A stretch of 64,000 nt of DNA, counting the filler, from Lama guanicoe (taxonomy: Eukaryota), in assembly GCA_013239625.1 (NCBI GenBank). It is 76 parts of 76 records of this genome, joined end to end, with 100 filler letters (N's around TTAATTAATTAA, not from the genome) between each part and the next. Parts side by side here need not be neighbours in the genome. Positions count along the whole stretch, not along the records: positions 12,699 to 13,343 come from PNXV01017637.1; positions 13,444 to 13,960 come from PNXV01017638.1; positions 14,061 to 14,994 come from PNXV01017639.1; positions 15,095 to 15,843 come from PNXV01017640.1; positions 15,944 to 16,705 come from PNXV01017643.1; positions 16,806 to 17,947 come from MU055965.1; positions 18,048 to 18,475 come from MU055966.1; positions 18,576 to 19,194 come from PNXV01017651.1; 68 more parts are not named here. One strand, 5' to 3'. The translations under genes and the position numbers were made by a program. Below, piece by piece: positions 12,699-25,614 of the stretch. Under the pieces are notes generated by a model. The model was not told the DNA's origin, ran no database searches, and was given only the letters and a program-made list of their open reading frames with translations. Positions within the stretch are counted from its first letter, which is position 1. Every line of letters starts with the position of its first letter.

Positions 12699-13343
12699 TA
12701 TTGAATATATTTCCCTGTGCCATACAGTATGAACTTGTTTATCTGTTGTATATACACCATCTGCAAATCTCAAACTCCCAGTTTCTCCCTTTGCACCTCC
12801 CTCTCCACTGGCAACCACAAGTCTGTATTCCATGTCTGTGAGTCTGTTTCTATTTTATATATAAGTTCATTTGTGTGTTTTTTTTAAGATCTACATATGA
12901 GTGATATCATATGCTATTTTTCTTTCTGGCTAACTTCACTAGAATGACATTCTCCAGATCCATCCATGTTGTTGCAAATTAGTTTATCATTTTTAATGGG
13001 TGAGTAGTATTCCATTGTAGAAATATTTCACAACTTCTATATCCAGTCATCTGTTGATGGACATTTAGGCTGTTTTCATGTCTTGGTGAATGTAAATAAT
13101 GCTGCTAACACTGGGGTGCAGGTGTCTTTTTGAATTAGGGTTCCCTCTGGATATATGCCCAGGAGTGGGATTACTGGGTCATATGGTAAGTCTATTTTTA
13201 GTCTTCTGAGGAGTCTCCATCCTGTTTTCCAGAGAGGCTACACCAAACTGCATTCCCACTAGCAGTGTGGGAGGGCTCCCTTTTCTCCACAGCCTCTCCA
13301 GCATTTATTGTTGGTGGACATTTGAATGACGGCCATTCTGGCT
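12699..13343 (-). mobile_element. LINE-1 ORF2 end / 3' UTR fragment
   Basis: atccagtcatctgttgatggacatttagg; ggatatatgcccaggagtgggatt; cattcccactagcagtgt are antisense L1 3' motifs. Confidence 0.92.
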
Positions 13344-13443
13344 NNNNNNNNNNNNNNNNNNNNNNNNNNNNNNNNNNNNNNNNNNNNTTAATTAATTAAN
13401 NNNNNNNNNNNNNNNNNNNNNNNNNNNNNNNNNNNNNNNNNNN

Positions 13444-13960
13444 TTTATAACCTATTTTACTGAGTTATATTCATTTTACAATGTTGTGTCAATTTCCAGT
13501 GTTGAGCACAATTCTTCAGTTATACATGAACATACATATATTCACTGTCACATTTTTTTCGCTGTGAGCTACCACAAGATCTTGTATATATTTCCCTGTG
13601 CTATATAGTATAATCTTTTTGATGATATTTTAAATGGAAATGGTTTCTTAATTTTAATTTTGTAGTTTTAATTACTATTGCATGGAAATAAATAGATATG
13701 TATGTTAGATCTTTCAGTCTTGCTGAAATCATTTATTAGTTTTAATAGCATTTCTTTTGAAGGGATGGGGATTCCTTGGGGTTTTTCTATATAAAAGATC
13801 ATGTCATCTTCTTATCCAGTCTTCATGGCTTTTATCTCAAGTTTTGCCTGAATTCCCTGGATAGACCCTTCAGAACAATGTTGAATAGATGTAGCAAGAG
13901 CAGACATCCTGGTCTTGTTCCTGATCTGAGGGGCAAAGCATTCAGTCTTTCACCATCACT
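13444..13960 (-). mobile_element. Short young L1 tail (about 13444-13615) adjoining an older L1 ORF2 fragment
   Basis: acaatgttgtgtcaatttccagtgttgagcac tail; acaatgttgaataga...cttgttcctgatctgaggggcaaagcattcagtctttcacca antisense RT region. Confidence 0.85.
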
Positions 13961-14191
13961 NNNNNNNNNNNNNNNNNNNNNNNNNNNNNNNNNNNNNNNN
14001 NNNNTTAATTAATTAANNNNNNNNNNNNNNNNNNNNNNNNNNNNNNNNNNNNNNNNNNNNGTTCCTTATTTGAGACAGTGAGCTCACCTAACCTCAATGA
14101 CCTCTTTAATATATTAGACTTCTTATTTTGAGATGTAATGTAGATTCCCATGTGCTAGTAAGAGATTATATGGAGAGGGCATGTGGACACT

Positions 14192-14370
14192 TTGCCCAGT
14201 TTTCTTAATGGTTCCATCTTGCAGTGTTGGGGTACAATTAATTACTGACTCACTAACAATTTGAGGTTTGTGTTATTGCCATTGCCCAGTTTTCTTAATG
14301 GTTCCATCTTGCAGTGTTGGGGTACAATTAATTACTGACTCACTAACAATTTGAGGTTTGTGTTATTGCC
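14192..14370. repeat. Perfect tandem duplication, 90-bp period
   Basis: 14192-14280 is identical to 14282-14370. Confidence 0.97.
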
Positions 14371-14892
14371 GTTATTTCTATTCATGATTAAACTGGGGCT
14401 TAGAGAAGCACACAGGCCTGCCCAGGTCACCCACATTGTTAGTGCAGAGTCGGGTGAACATGGGCTTGGGATTTCCAGGCAGTACCATTATGATGGCTTG
14501 TGGCAGGGAGCAGCGTTCACTTTGAATGTTTATTCATTCATTCAACAAACATTTATTGAGTAATCTCTGTGGGTCAGATGCTTTCTTAGGGTTATCTGAT
14601 TCTTCAGCAGTATTGAGAATCAGGTAATATTAATATTTTTAATCTGAGAAAATTAGCTCTGTGAGTTTATAACCCACCCAAAGGAAGTATAGCTCATAAA
14701 GGAGGGATAGAACATTTGTACAGTCACCTCCTTTTATGCAGGTGGTACCCTAGGCATTTTACATTTGAACACATCTGTAATCCAGATATATTCTTCTAAG
14801 GCAAAGATTTTTTTTTTAAATGAAGTATAGTCAAGTTTACAATGTTGTGTCAATTGCAAGGTGCTTTTAGACTTTTGAATTAAAAAATACAT

Positions 14893-14994
14893 TTTGAGCT
14901 GGGTAATTAGGTGTATTTATTTGTTTCATTTTTAAAATGAGGTATTGGGGTTTGAACCCAGGACGTCATACATGCTAAGCATGTGCTCTACCAC
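14893..14994 (-). mobile_element. tRNA-Ala-derived SINE (Vic-1 type), truncated by scaffold end
   Basis: Reverse complement GTGGTAGAGCACATGCTTAGCATG...CCTGGGTTCAAACCCCAATACCTC with pol III B box and A-rich tail. Confidence 0.85.
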
Positions 14995-16805
14995 NNNNNN
15001 NNNNNNNNNNNNNNNNNNNNNNNNNNNNNNNNNNNNNNTTAATTAATTAANNNNNNNNNNNNNNNNNNNNNNNNNNNNNNNNNNNNNNNNNNNNGCAGTA
15101 TTTCCACATTGTCAAAAGACCAAAGGCCGACACAAAAGAAGAGATTGCAGAAAAGATAAAGAGGCTAAAATCAATGTCCGGAAAACCTAGCTAAGAATCC
15201 TAAATGGCCGAACTTCACTAATCTCAGCACTGCCGCATCAAGAATGGAGCAAATAGCACCTAGTGGATTTTATTTTTAATAAATAAATAATGATCCAGTT
15301 CCTACCACAGGCAATTATAATAAGACTGAGTATAAATTCTACCAACAAATAGTGTACAAATCATAATTTCTACTTGATTCAAACTGCTTCTTCTATAAAA
15401 TTTGAATCTTTTTAATCTTAAGACAGATTTGTGGCATATTACCTAGTGATAAAATTTTCAACTGGCTTGTAATAAAAAAGTTCACCATAGTGAGAGTGTA
15501 TTACATCAACTATTTCTTTTTGGGAAACCCATGTGCCTTGTCACTCTCTTTCATAAGATTTTCTGTGGAAAATTCAATCCTTCATTCAGGAAAAGGCTGA
15601 GCAATATATCTCATGGAAAACCGTCATAAACTGCAACACAAGAAAATGAAAATGACAGCGAGCAGCCCGAGAAGCTGGCAGACACACACAGTGCACTGCT
15701 GTGTTCCCGCCTCGACTTTCTGTAACCAGCAGGGAAAATTTGCATTACCATTTAAAGAAATAGACATAAGCACTTTTCAGGACCTGAGCACACGATTTTC
15801 ATTTCAGGGTTTAATGGGCTTTCATTTAATTCTATGAGAAATGNNNNNNNNNNNNNNNNNNNNNNNNNNNNNNNNNNNNNNNNNNNNTTAATTAATTAAN
15901 NNNNNNNNNNNNNNNNNNNNNNNNNNNNNNNNNNNNNNNNNNNTCATTGTCTCCAGACACCTTTCCTGAATACAGCTTAGAGACTTGTAGGCAGGTAAAT
16001 AGAAAATTAAGATAGAAAGTGAGACATGCACTGCTTAGTAAGTACAGAGGTTATAGCCACACACAAGATTACCTAACTCAAGTCTTTTCTGAATGAAGAG
16101 ATATCTAAACTGAGTTCCAAGTAATTAATCAGCATCAGCCAGGTAGGAGGAGAACTGAGGGTGGGACTGTCAGGGCAGAGGCAAGGAGGAAGAGGCATAT
16201 GGGAAGCCAGTGGTCCAAGTACAAAAGTGAGCATGATGCATTCAAAGAACTGCCATGCCAAGTCTTCCTTTCTATTTGACGGTAGACTGTAAAAGGGGGC
16301 TGAGTAGGGATGAGCTGAGATACAGGCAGTGCCCAGATCATTCAGAAGCTTGTGACTTTATTATAAGAACAATGAAATTCACTGACCCTTTTAAGCAGGG
16401 GGATGCAAGAATCAGAAGTATTTTAGAAAGACTGTGTTAGCTTCAATGTGGAGAGATCAGATTCAAACTGGAAATGGATGGATTTAGAAGCAGAAAATCA
16501 GATGCTGATCATAATAATCCCAGTAAGAATGCACAGCATTTGGTCGAAGGGTAATGTCAGAGCTATCGGAGAGGTCAGAGGATAGCTTTAGAGATACCTT
16601 CCACCTGCCTCATCTAGAACTCAACTCCACTGGGGTTTCTAATGCAAAGAAATCACGACCAACTAAGTGTTTTCAACCCATCAAGACTGCAGATAACTAA
16701 ACTTCNNNNNNNNNNNNNNNNNNNNNNNNNNNNNNNNNNNNNNNNNNNNTTAATTAATTAANNNNNNNNNNNNNNNNNNNNNNNNNNNNNNNNNNNNNNN
16801 NNNNN

Positions 16806-17947
16806 ACTTCCCCGTACAGGGAACACCTGTGACTGAAGACAGCTGCGTGGAGTTATCTGTCGAGCTTCCCCACGCACTGACAATATTTCCGGAGTCCTGA
16901 GCGTGGGGAGGTTCCACCAACGGTCGGCAGCGCGTGGGTTCTAACGGAAAGCCTAAGCTCGTCTCCCCTGAGGGTTTTCCTAATGTCTCTGTGCCAGGGA
17001 ATGCTAGGNNNNNNNNNNNNNNNNNNNNNNNNNNNNNNNNNNNNNNNNNNNNNNNNNNNNNNNNNNNNNNNNNNNNNNNNNNNNNNNNNNNNNNNNNNNN
17101 NNNNNNNNNNNNNNNNNNNNNNNNNNNNNNNNNNNNNNNNNNNNNNNNNNNNNNNNNNNNNNNNNNNNNNNNNNNNNNNNNNNNNNNNNNNNNNNNNNNN
17201 NNNNNNNNNNNNNNNNNNNNNNNNNNNNNNNNNNNNNNNNNNNNNNNNNNNNNNNNNNNNNNNNNNNNNNNNNNNNNNNNNNNNNNNNNNNNNNNNNNNN
17301 NNNNNNNNNNNNNNNNNNNNNNNNNNNNNNNNNNNNNNNNNNNNNNNNNNNNNNNNNNNNNNNNNNNNNNNNNNNNNNNNNNNNNNNNNNNNNNNNNNNN
17401 NNNNNNNNNNNNNNNNNNNNNNNNNNNNNNNNNNNNNNNNNNNNTTCCACCAACGGTCGGCAGCGCGTGGGTTCTAACGGAAAGCCTAAGCTCGTCTCCC
17501 CTGAGGGTTTTCCTAATATGTCTCTGCCAGGGAATGCTAGGCAAGTTTGCAGGATATCCCAATGACATGGGCTGCCTCCCTAAGGTCATGGAAAGTATTT
17601 CCCAGACTTCCCAGAACAGGGAATACCTGTGACTTAAGAGAGCTGCGTGGAGATGTCTCTCGAGCTCCCCCACGCACTGACAATGGTTCCGGAATCCTGA
17701 GCGTGGGGAGGTTCCACCAATGGTCGGCAGCGCGTGGGTTCTAACGGAAAGCCTAAGCTCGCCTCCCCTGAGGGTTTTCCTAATGTCTCTGTGCCAGGGA
17801 ATGCTAGGGGGTTTGCAGGATATCCCAGTGACAGAGGCTGCCTCCCCAAGTAAGGGAAGGTATTTCTCGGACTTCCCCGATCAGGGAACACCTGTGAATA
17901 AAGAGAGCTGCGTGGAGATGTCTCTCGAGCTCCCCCACGCACTGACA
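16806..17947 (+). repeat. Satellite family B, 267-bp GC-rich monomer
   Basis: ttccaccaa at 17445 and 17712 (267 bp apart); monomers highly similar to each other. Confidence 0.97.
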
Positions 17948-18047
17948 NNNNNNNNNNNNNNNNNNNNNNNNNNNNNNNNNNNNNNNNNNNNTTAATTAAT
18001 TAANNNNNNNNNNNNNNNNNNNNNNNNNNNNNNNNNNNNNNNNNNNN

Positions 18048-18475
18048 ACAGGAATTCTCATACATTGTTGGTGAGAATGTAAAATATCCCAGATACTTTG
18101 GAAGACGGTCTGGCAATTTTTTACAAAATTAAACGTACTCCTAACATATGATCCGGCAACTGTGCTCCTTGGTGTTTACTCGATGAAATGGAAACTTATG
18201 TTCACACACAAATCTGCATACAGATGTTAATAGCAGCTTTATTCATAATCACCAGAACTCAGAAGCAACTAAGCTGCTCTTCAGTAGGTGAATGGATGAA
18301 CTGTGGTCCATGCAGAAAATGGACTATTTTTGGGTGCTAAAATGAAATGAGTTATCAAGGCATGGAAAGACACGGAGGAACCTTATATGCATAATACTAA
18401 GTGAAAAAAGCCAATCTGGGAAGTTTCTGCAAATGTCTGATTGCAACTGTATGGTGTTCTGGGAAAGGGAAAACC
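18048..18475 (+). mobile_element. Old LINE-1 (L1MB/MC-type) 3' fragment
   Basis: cattgttggtgagaatgtaaaat; atagcagctttattcataat; tcagtaggtgaatggat; ctaagtgaaaaaagccaatct. Confidence 0.88.
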
Positions 18476-19294
18476 NNNNNNNNNNNNNNNNNNNNNNNNN
18501 NNNNNNNNNNNNNNNNNNNTTAATTAATTAANNNNNNNNNNNNNNNNNNNNNNNNNNNNNNNNNNNNNNNNNNNNTATAAATTAGGGACTCGCTTTCCCC
18601 TGATGACTTACCAAGCACTGAGTTACAGAAGAGGCGACAGCCCAATTCTCACTGAGCTTGTGACTGTACGTGGCATCTTATAGACACAAATCATTTACCC
18701 TGATCAAACACTCTAGCAGCAGGCCGTAATTCTCCTTTTTTGAGAGACAGGAGTTCAATCAGGATGTATAACTTGACAAAAGTCACAGGACCAGTAAACT
18801 TAAGAGGATGAATTCAAACTCAGATCTGAATGCAGAGTCTGACCTTCCCACTCCCAGGACTGGAAAATCCTTAACACACAGTCTCCCCAGCTCCTCTGCA
18901 GTGTTCCTGGCACCAAGCATTACCCATGGCAATGGTCACCAGTTCTCACAGACACAGCGCTCTGTGCAGCCAATGACCTTCATCAGAACTTGATCGTATG
19001 CCACGCCCACCAGGCTTCACCATACAGGCAGGAAAGCTGGCTTTCAAGTGCATCCAAAGCCATCCCTGGACTAACCTGGGCTCTTCTGTGGCTTCTCCAG
19101 CCTAAAGGTAGCCATGAAAGTGCTCACAGTTTGCACATGAGCCTGACTACCTCTCTCCATCTCTCTCCCCACCTATACTACTTAGCTATGACCANNNNNN
19201 NNNNNNNNNNNNNNNNNNNNNNNNNNNNNNNNNNNNNNTTAATTAATTAANNNNNNNNNNNNNNNNNNNNNNNNNNNNNNNNNNNNNNNNNNNN

Positions 19295-19946
19295 GAGCAC
19301 GTTGGAGAACACAGTTGTTCTCACCTTGTAGCCAGTGACCCTCTCGCCAGGTTTCTGCCCTGCTGTTCATTTCCACATTATTTTCCAAGACTTCCGGAGG
19401 AAATGTAAGCAGCCTGATGCTCAAATGCTTTTCTATGTGATTCCCCCCTTGTTCTTTGAAGGAACAACAAATTGCCTAGAGAAGAGTGGACGAAATACAA
19501 TTCCCCATTTCTTTAAGGGTCTGAGATTTGGTGTTAGGAAATAGAAGAAATCTCCAGAAACACCCTTAAGAAACATTATTTCTTTCAAATGTGATTTGGA
19601 ACAACAAAGGTTGTCCTATATATTTTATAGCACAGATTTTAAGACAACTGAATTGGCAGTAACTTCACATAATGAAACTTCCAACAAGTCTTTATATTTC
19701 TCCTGGAATTTCCTTGGTTCTTGATGTAAATTTTTAATAATTAATATCAGCTTTCTATTCTTTCTCTTCCTGTAGTTGTAGAGTTAATGTGAAAATAGCT
19801 CGTTGTGTCACTGAGAAAGCCTCCTGGTCAGACTTCTAGCTAAACAGCTTGTGTGTGTTTCGGTGGCAGGTATGCTAAATAGTAGTTTTCAGGCACTTGA
19901 GGGATACCCATCACACCAGCACTGCGGGAGCCTATTTCTCACCCAC
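19295..19946. repeat. Low-copy duplicated segment, paralogue of 5597-6366; carries a candidate 151-nt exon at 19475-19325 (-)
   Basis: Colinear with 5597-6240. Minus strand has tccactcttctctag|GCAATT...CTACAAG|gtgaga. Confidence 0.9.
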
Positions 19947-20982
19947 NNNNNNNNNNNNNNNNNNNNNNNNNNNNNNNNNNNNNNNNNNNNTTAATTAATT
20001 AANNNNNNNNNNNNNNNNNNNNNNNNNNNNNNNNNNNNNNNNNNNNATTTTACAATTTTGAAATCCCAGTCTATCCCTTCCCACCCTCTACCCCTTTTTA
20101 AGTGGCATTAAATGATAACTCCAACAGCAGATTTGAGGCATATTTTTGGGTAATTTATTTAAAATAAGGTTCTGTTTCTAAAGGACCAATGATTTCAAGG
20201 GAGAAGATGTCTCTCCTTCACGACTGAGACCATTTCAACATATCATTTTGCACATCTCTCAAAAACCAAATAAAACACACACAAATCCTGTCCCTTTAAC
20301 AAAAAAGTAAGGCTAAGATGGCAGGTCTGAATAATGCTCTGGCTCCGTTTAGGCATTCAGTACCGAGTCAGGTGTCCAGAGAACCTGATCCTGTGGTCAA
20401 TAAAAGAATATTTGAGCAGCTATTTGAGGTCTGCCTTCTTATAAACAGAACATAAAAGTTCAAACAGAATGGGAAATTGTAAAGGGCTCGGAGGCCTGAG
20501 ACAGAGGGAGAGGTACTCAGAAGCGAAACCTGCGCATCAGAAGCGAAACCTGCGCTTTGTAACAAGTCACTACGATCCCTGTCTCTCTTGTTCTGTTTTA
20601 TTTTCCTTCTGTGAGAACATTTTTCAGGAAAATTCAGTCCACAAAAGGTTCTAAGACGAAGCGACAGAACGTTACTTGCAATTTCATTTGGAATTAAAGA
20701 GGTCCACACCTGGGCGGGAAAGTTGGGATCTAACTGGGGCCGAGGGGATCCCAATGTAAAAACCTTCAGTTTTCAACATTTGTCGAGCATCAAATTAACC
20801 TGTAGCTTTACATGAACATAGATTCCTCAACAGTTCTATCAAGTACCTAATTTCTGGTTGTTTCCTCTGAATATATATTATTNNNNNNNNNNNNNNNNNN
20901 NNNNNNNNNNNNNNNNNNNNNNNNNNTTAATTAATTAANNNNNNNNNNNNNNNNNNNNNNNNNNNNNNNNNNNNNNNNNNNN

Positions 20983-22082
20983 GGAAACAGACTGAGAAAC
21001 CAGAGTAAGTGTTTCTCCTGCAACCTATTCCTTTGTGCTGGATGACCGAACGTTTCTCCACATGCTCAGTTTTGAGAGTTAAGCGTGTGTGAAAGCCGTT
21101 CTTCACCTTGCTTGTTGGGAACACAAAGTTTCTCTTCAGTTGCAGACTCCGCTCCATACATATATATGGGGAGGTACAAGCTCCAACNNNNNNNNNNNNN
21201 NNNNNNNNNNNNNNNNNNNNNNNNNNNNNNNNNNNNNNNNNNNNNNNNNNNNNNNNNNNNNNNNNNNNNNNNNNNNNNNNNNNNNNNNNNNNNNNNNNNN
21301 NNNNNNNNNNNNNNNNNNNNNNNNNNNNNNNNNNNNNNNNNNNNNNNNNNNNNNNNNNNNNNNNNNNNNNNNNNNNNNNNNNNNNNNNNNNNNNNNNNNN
21401 NNNNNNNNNNNNNNNNNNNNNNNNNNNNNNNNNNNNNNNNNNNNNNNNNNNNNNGTGAAAACTGCAGGAACTTCAAACCGGCACTAGGAAACAGACTGAG
21501 AAACCAGAGTAAGTGTTTCTCCTGCAACCTGTTCCCATTGTGGTAGATGAACGAAATTGTATCCACATGCTCAGTTTTGAGACTTAAGCGTGTGTGAAAG
21601 CCGTCCTTCACCTAGCTTGTTGGGAACACAAAGTTTCACTTCAGTTGCAGACACCAATCCATACATATGTATGGGTAGGTACAAACTCCAACTCGGTTTT
21701 ACAGTGAAAACTGCAGGAACTTCAAACCGGCACTAGGAAACCGACTGAGAAACCAGAGAAAGTGTTTCTCCTGCAACCTGTTCACTTTGTGCTCGATGAA
21801 CGAACGTCTCTCCACATGCTCAGTTTTGAGACTTAAGCGTGTGTGAAAGCCGTCCTTCACCTAGCTTGTTGGGAACACAAAGTTTCACTTCAGTTGCAGA
21901 CACCAATCCATACATATGTATGGGTAGGTACAAACTCCAACTCGGTTTTACAGTGAAAACTGCAGGAAATTCATACCGGCACTAGGAAACAGAATGAGAA
22001 TCCAGAATAAGTGTTTCTCCTGCAACCTGTTCACTTTGTGCTCGATGAACGAACGTCTCTCCACATGCTCAGTTTTGAGAGT
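20983..22082 (+). repeat. Satellite family D, 249-bp monomer with one PstI site
   Basis: gtgaaaactgcaggaa at 21455, 21704, 21953; adjacent monomers nearly identical. Confidence 0.97.
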
Positions 22083-22997
22083 NNNNNNNNNNNNNNNNNN
22101 NNNNNNNNNNNNNNNNNNNNNNNNNNTTAATTAATTAANNNNNNNNNNNNNNNNNNNNNNNNNNNNNNNNNNNNNNNNNNNNGTCCCCCTAGCCAGGGGC
22201 TCTCTTCAGGAACCAGCATATGGGCATTGTCTTCTGGAGACCTCTTTTATGGCTGCAGGAATTATTTTCAGATACTGTGATTGAAAAATCACTCCAGCTG
22301 GGGATAGTTAGGGGAAAAAGGAAAAGGAAAAGGGTTTGGAGTAGAGTAGAAGAGTAGGACATAAGATCACGGATCCTGAGTACTTGGCAGCGGGGCCTCG
22401 GGAGAGAGGGGAGCANNNNNNNNNNNNNNNNNNNNNNNNNNNNNNNNNNNNNNNNNNNNNNNNNNNNNNNNNNNNNNNNNNNNNNNNNNNNNNNNNNNNN
22501 NNNNNNNNNNNNNNNNNNNNNNNNNNNNNNNNNNNNNNNNNNNNNNNNNNNNNNNNNNNNNNNNNNNNNNNNNNNNNNNNNNNNNNNNNNNNNNNNNNNN
22601 NNNAAGTCCACAGTGCCTTTCTGGTCATGTGTCTTCACTTGTCCTTTATCCCAGGATCTGAGGAGGAGGAGCAAGGAACTCAGGGAAGGATCCAGGAAGA
22701 TATCCGACTGTGTTAAGAGAGGACAGAAAATGTGAAACGGGGAGTGAGGACACTTGCAGCAAAGTAAAATGACTTCACAAACATTGCTTCAGAGCTGCAG
22801 GTGTAAGAGAGCCTAAGCCAGTCTCAGAGTGCAGAGGACAAGCGGAAAGGAACTGCAAAATTTCCACTGACAATTGAAATTTTGTTAAATAGCCTGANNN
22901 NNNNNNNNNNNNNNNNNNNNNNNNNNNNNNNNNNNNNNNNNTTAATTAATTAANNNNNNNNNNNNNNNNNNNNNNNNNNNNNNNNNNNNNNNNNNNN

Positions 22998-23870
22998 ATC
23001 GTGTGTGTGCTGAAGGTGGGGAAACAGTGTCCTTGAAATTTCAGGGTCACAGGTATTCCCAAATATTTTGTTGTACTTTAAACCACTTCAAATCCCGTGG
23101 AGAGGCACTCAATAATACTTGGTTTTAGAGCCCAACCCTCACATTCCCCCGCACTCCCGCCTAGGCTAGCCATCAGTGAAGACAAGTTAATGGATTGTAT
23201 TAGAACCCAGGCCCTGCTGTCAGTTGTAGGTGCCTCCCCACACTCAGNNNNNNNNNNNNNNNNNNNNNNNNNNNNNNNNNNNNNNNNNNNNNNNNNNNNN
23301 NNNNNNNNNNNNNNNNNNNNNNNNNNNNNNNNNNNNNNNNNNNNNNNNNNNNNNNNNNNNNNNNNNNNNNNNNNNNNNNNNNNNNNNNNNNNNNNNNNNN
23401 NNNNNNNNNNNNNNNNNNNNNNNNNNNNNNNNNNNNNNNNNNNNNNNNNNNNNNNNNNNNNNNNNNNNNNNNNNNNNNNNNNNNNNNNNNNNNNNNNNNN
23501 NNNNNNNNNNNNNNNNNNNNNNNNNNNNNNNNNNNNNNNNNNNNNNNNNNNNNNNNNNNNNNNNNNNNNNNNNNNNNNNNNNNNNNNNNNNNNNNNNNNN
23601 NNNNNNNNNNNNNNNNNNNNNNNNNNNNNNNNNNNNNNNNNNNNNTACTTGGCTTTAGAGCCCATCCCCAACCATCGCTTACTGCTGGGCCTAGGAAAAC
23701 ACTTAGGGAAGTCAAGCTAAGGGATTCTATTAATAGCCAGGTGCTGCTGTCTGTTGGAGGAACCTCCCCACACTCCGAACCCCAGAACACTTCTTCCTCT
23801 GTGTGCTGGGCGTGGGGAAATATATCACACGCATTTTTCAGGGGTCACAGTAATTCCCAAGTTGTGGGTT
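22998..23870 (-). repeat. Satellite family A (opposite orientation)
   Basis: 23646-23870 closely matches 53745-53952; reverse complement matches motifs in 6467-7321. Confidence 0.92.
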
Positions 23871-24749
23871 NNNNNNNNNNNNNNNNNNNNNNNNNNNNNN
23901 NNNNNNNNNNNNNNTTAATTAATTAANNNNNNNNNNNNNNNNNNNNNNNNNNNNNNNNNNNNNNNNNNNNGTGATTAACTACTAAGTTGGGAAAAGATAT
24001 CTTCTGAAATTTAGATATACTTTCCATATCCATGTCTTGATCATTTTTACGTAATAAAAAAAACCCTTTTTAATGGAAATGTTTCATTACTTTATTGGAT
24101 TTTGAAGTATTTTAAAGCCAGAATGAAGCAATCACAGATACTATGTTGCTTTTACAGTGCCAGCATAACACACAATTTCATATTTTTGGCCAGATGGCAT
24201 TACTTGTTACAAGTTCAGCTAGTACCATGTTGGTTGTAAGAGTGTATTTCCAGAATACTTGAAAGTTTATGACACTGCACAAAGTAAGAAATGATAGCTC
24301 TTCAGGAGAACTCTATATTACAGTGCTAACCAAAGTCAGCGACATTCAAATAAAGGAGATAAGTACAAGTCTAAAGGTCACACATATATTTCCCAAAGGT
24401 TGAAGACCATGGTCAGATTTCCCTCTCTGTTAATTGCAAAGGAAACTTCTGAAGTAAAACTGAAATGACAAAACAAAAAGCCCTTCTTGTTCACATGTTT
24501 ATTTACTAGACAAACTCTCCCAAACTTAGGCTGAGGTAGCCATCCTGAATTGCAAGGCCAGATCCCTCCTGACAACCAGCAAGTAATCTGAAACGGGAAA
24601 CTGCTAAACTTGGGTTGGTGGTGGCCTTTCCTATCCAGTTTCCAGAGATAAGTCTGGAAATCATCTAAAAGCAACTGTAAAAGGATGTTAGAATCCTTAC
24701 CCAACCTTCACTGATTGGATATCTGTTTTCATTAAAAATAAGACAGTAA

Positions 24750-24928
24750 TCTTTTTTAACATTTTTTATTTTATTGAGTTATAGTTTACAATGTTGTGTC
24801 AATTTCCAGTGTAGAGCACAATTTTTCAGTTATAAATGAAATTGCATTCTTTCTCATTTTGAGCTACCATAAGATCTTCTATATATTTCCCTGTGCTCTA
24901 CAGTATAATCTTGTTTATCTATTCTATA
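24750..24928 (-). mobile_element. LINE-1 3' tail
   Basis: ttttattgagttatagtttacaatgttgtgtcaatttccagtgtagagcac...ttccctgtgctctacagtataatcttg. Confidence 0.85.
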
Positions 24929-25028
24929 NNNNNNNNNNNNNNNNNNNNNNNNNNNNNNNNNNNNNNNNNNNNTTAATTAATTAANNNNNNNNNNNNNNNN
25001 NNNNNNNNNNNNNNNNNNNNNNNNNNNN

Positions 25029-25614
25029 GATACCTACTGAAAAGAAAACGTGGTCCCAAAAAGCTAGGTGAAGGAAGACGCTCACACACACTTATCTCTT
25101 AGAAGAGAGCATATGGAGAGACGTTCGTTCATGTAGCACAAATGGAACGGGTTGCATGACAAACACTTATTCTGGGTTCTCAGTACATTTCCTAGTGCTA
25201 GTTTGAAATTCCTGCAGTTTTCATTGTAAAACCAAGTTCGAGCTAGTACCTACCCATATATATGNNNNNNNNNNNNNNNNNNNNNNNNNNNNNNNNNNNG
25301 TGTTAGCAAAAGCTAGGTGAAAGACGGCTTAAACACATTTATCTCTCAGAACTGAGCATGTGGAGAGACGTTCGTTCATCTAGCACAAAGGGAGAGTGAT
25401 CCAGGAGAAATAATTCCTCTGGTTTCTCAGACATTTCCTAATGCCGGGTTGAAGTTCCGGCAGTTGTCACTGTAAAACTGAGTTGGAGCTACAACCTCCC
25501 AATATATATGCATGTAGAGGAGTTTCCAACAGAAAAGAAACTTTGTGTTCCCAACAAGCAAGTTGAGGACGGCTTTAACACACACATATCTCTGAGAACT
25601 GAGCATGTGGAGAG
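25029..25614 (-). repeat. Satellite family D, more diverged monomers (~247-bp spacing)
   Basis: ggagag(acgttcgttcat) at 25115, 25362, 25609; reverse complement of 20983-22082 motifs. Confidence 0.93.

Noticed and set aside
16806..25614. Common ancestry of the 249-bp (D/E) and 267-bp (A/B) satellites
   Set aside because: ctgagc..gtgg.gag and ttcctaatg occur at similar spacing, but the intervening alignment is weak by eye; it needs a profile-profile comparison against shuffled controls.
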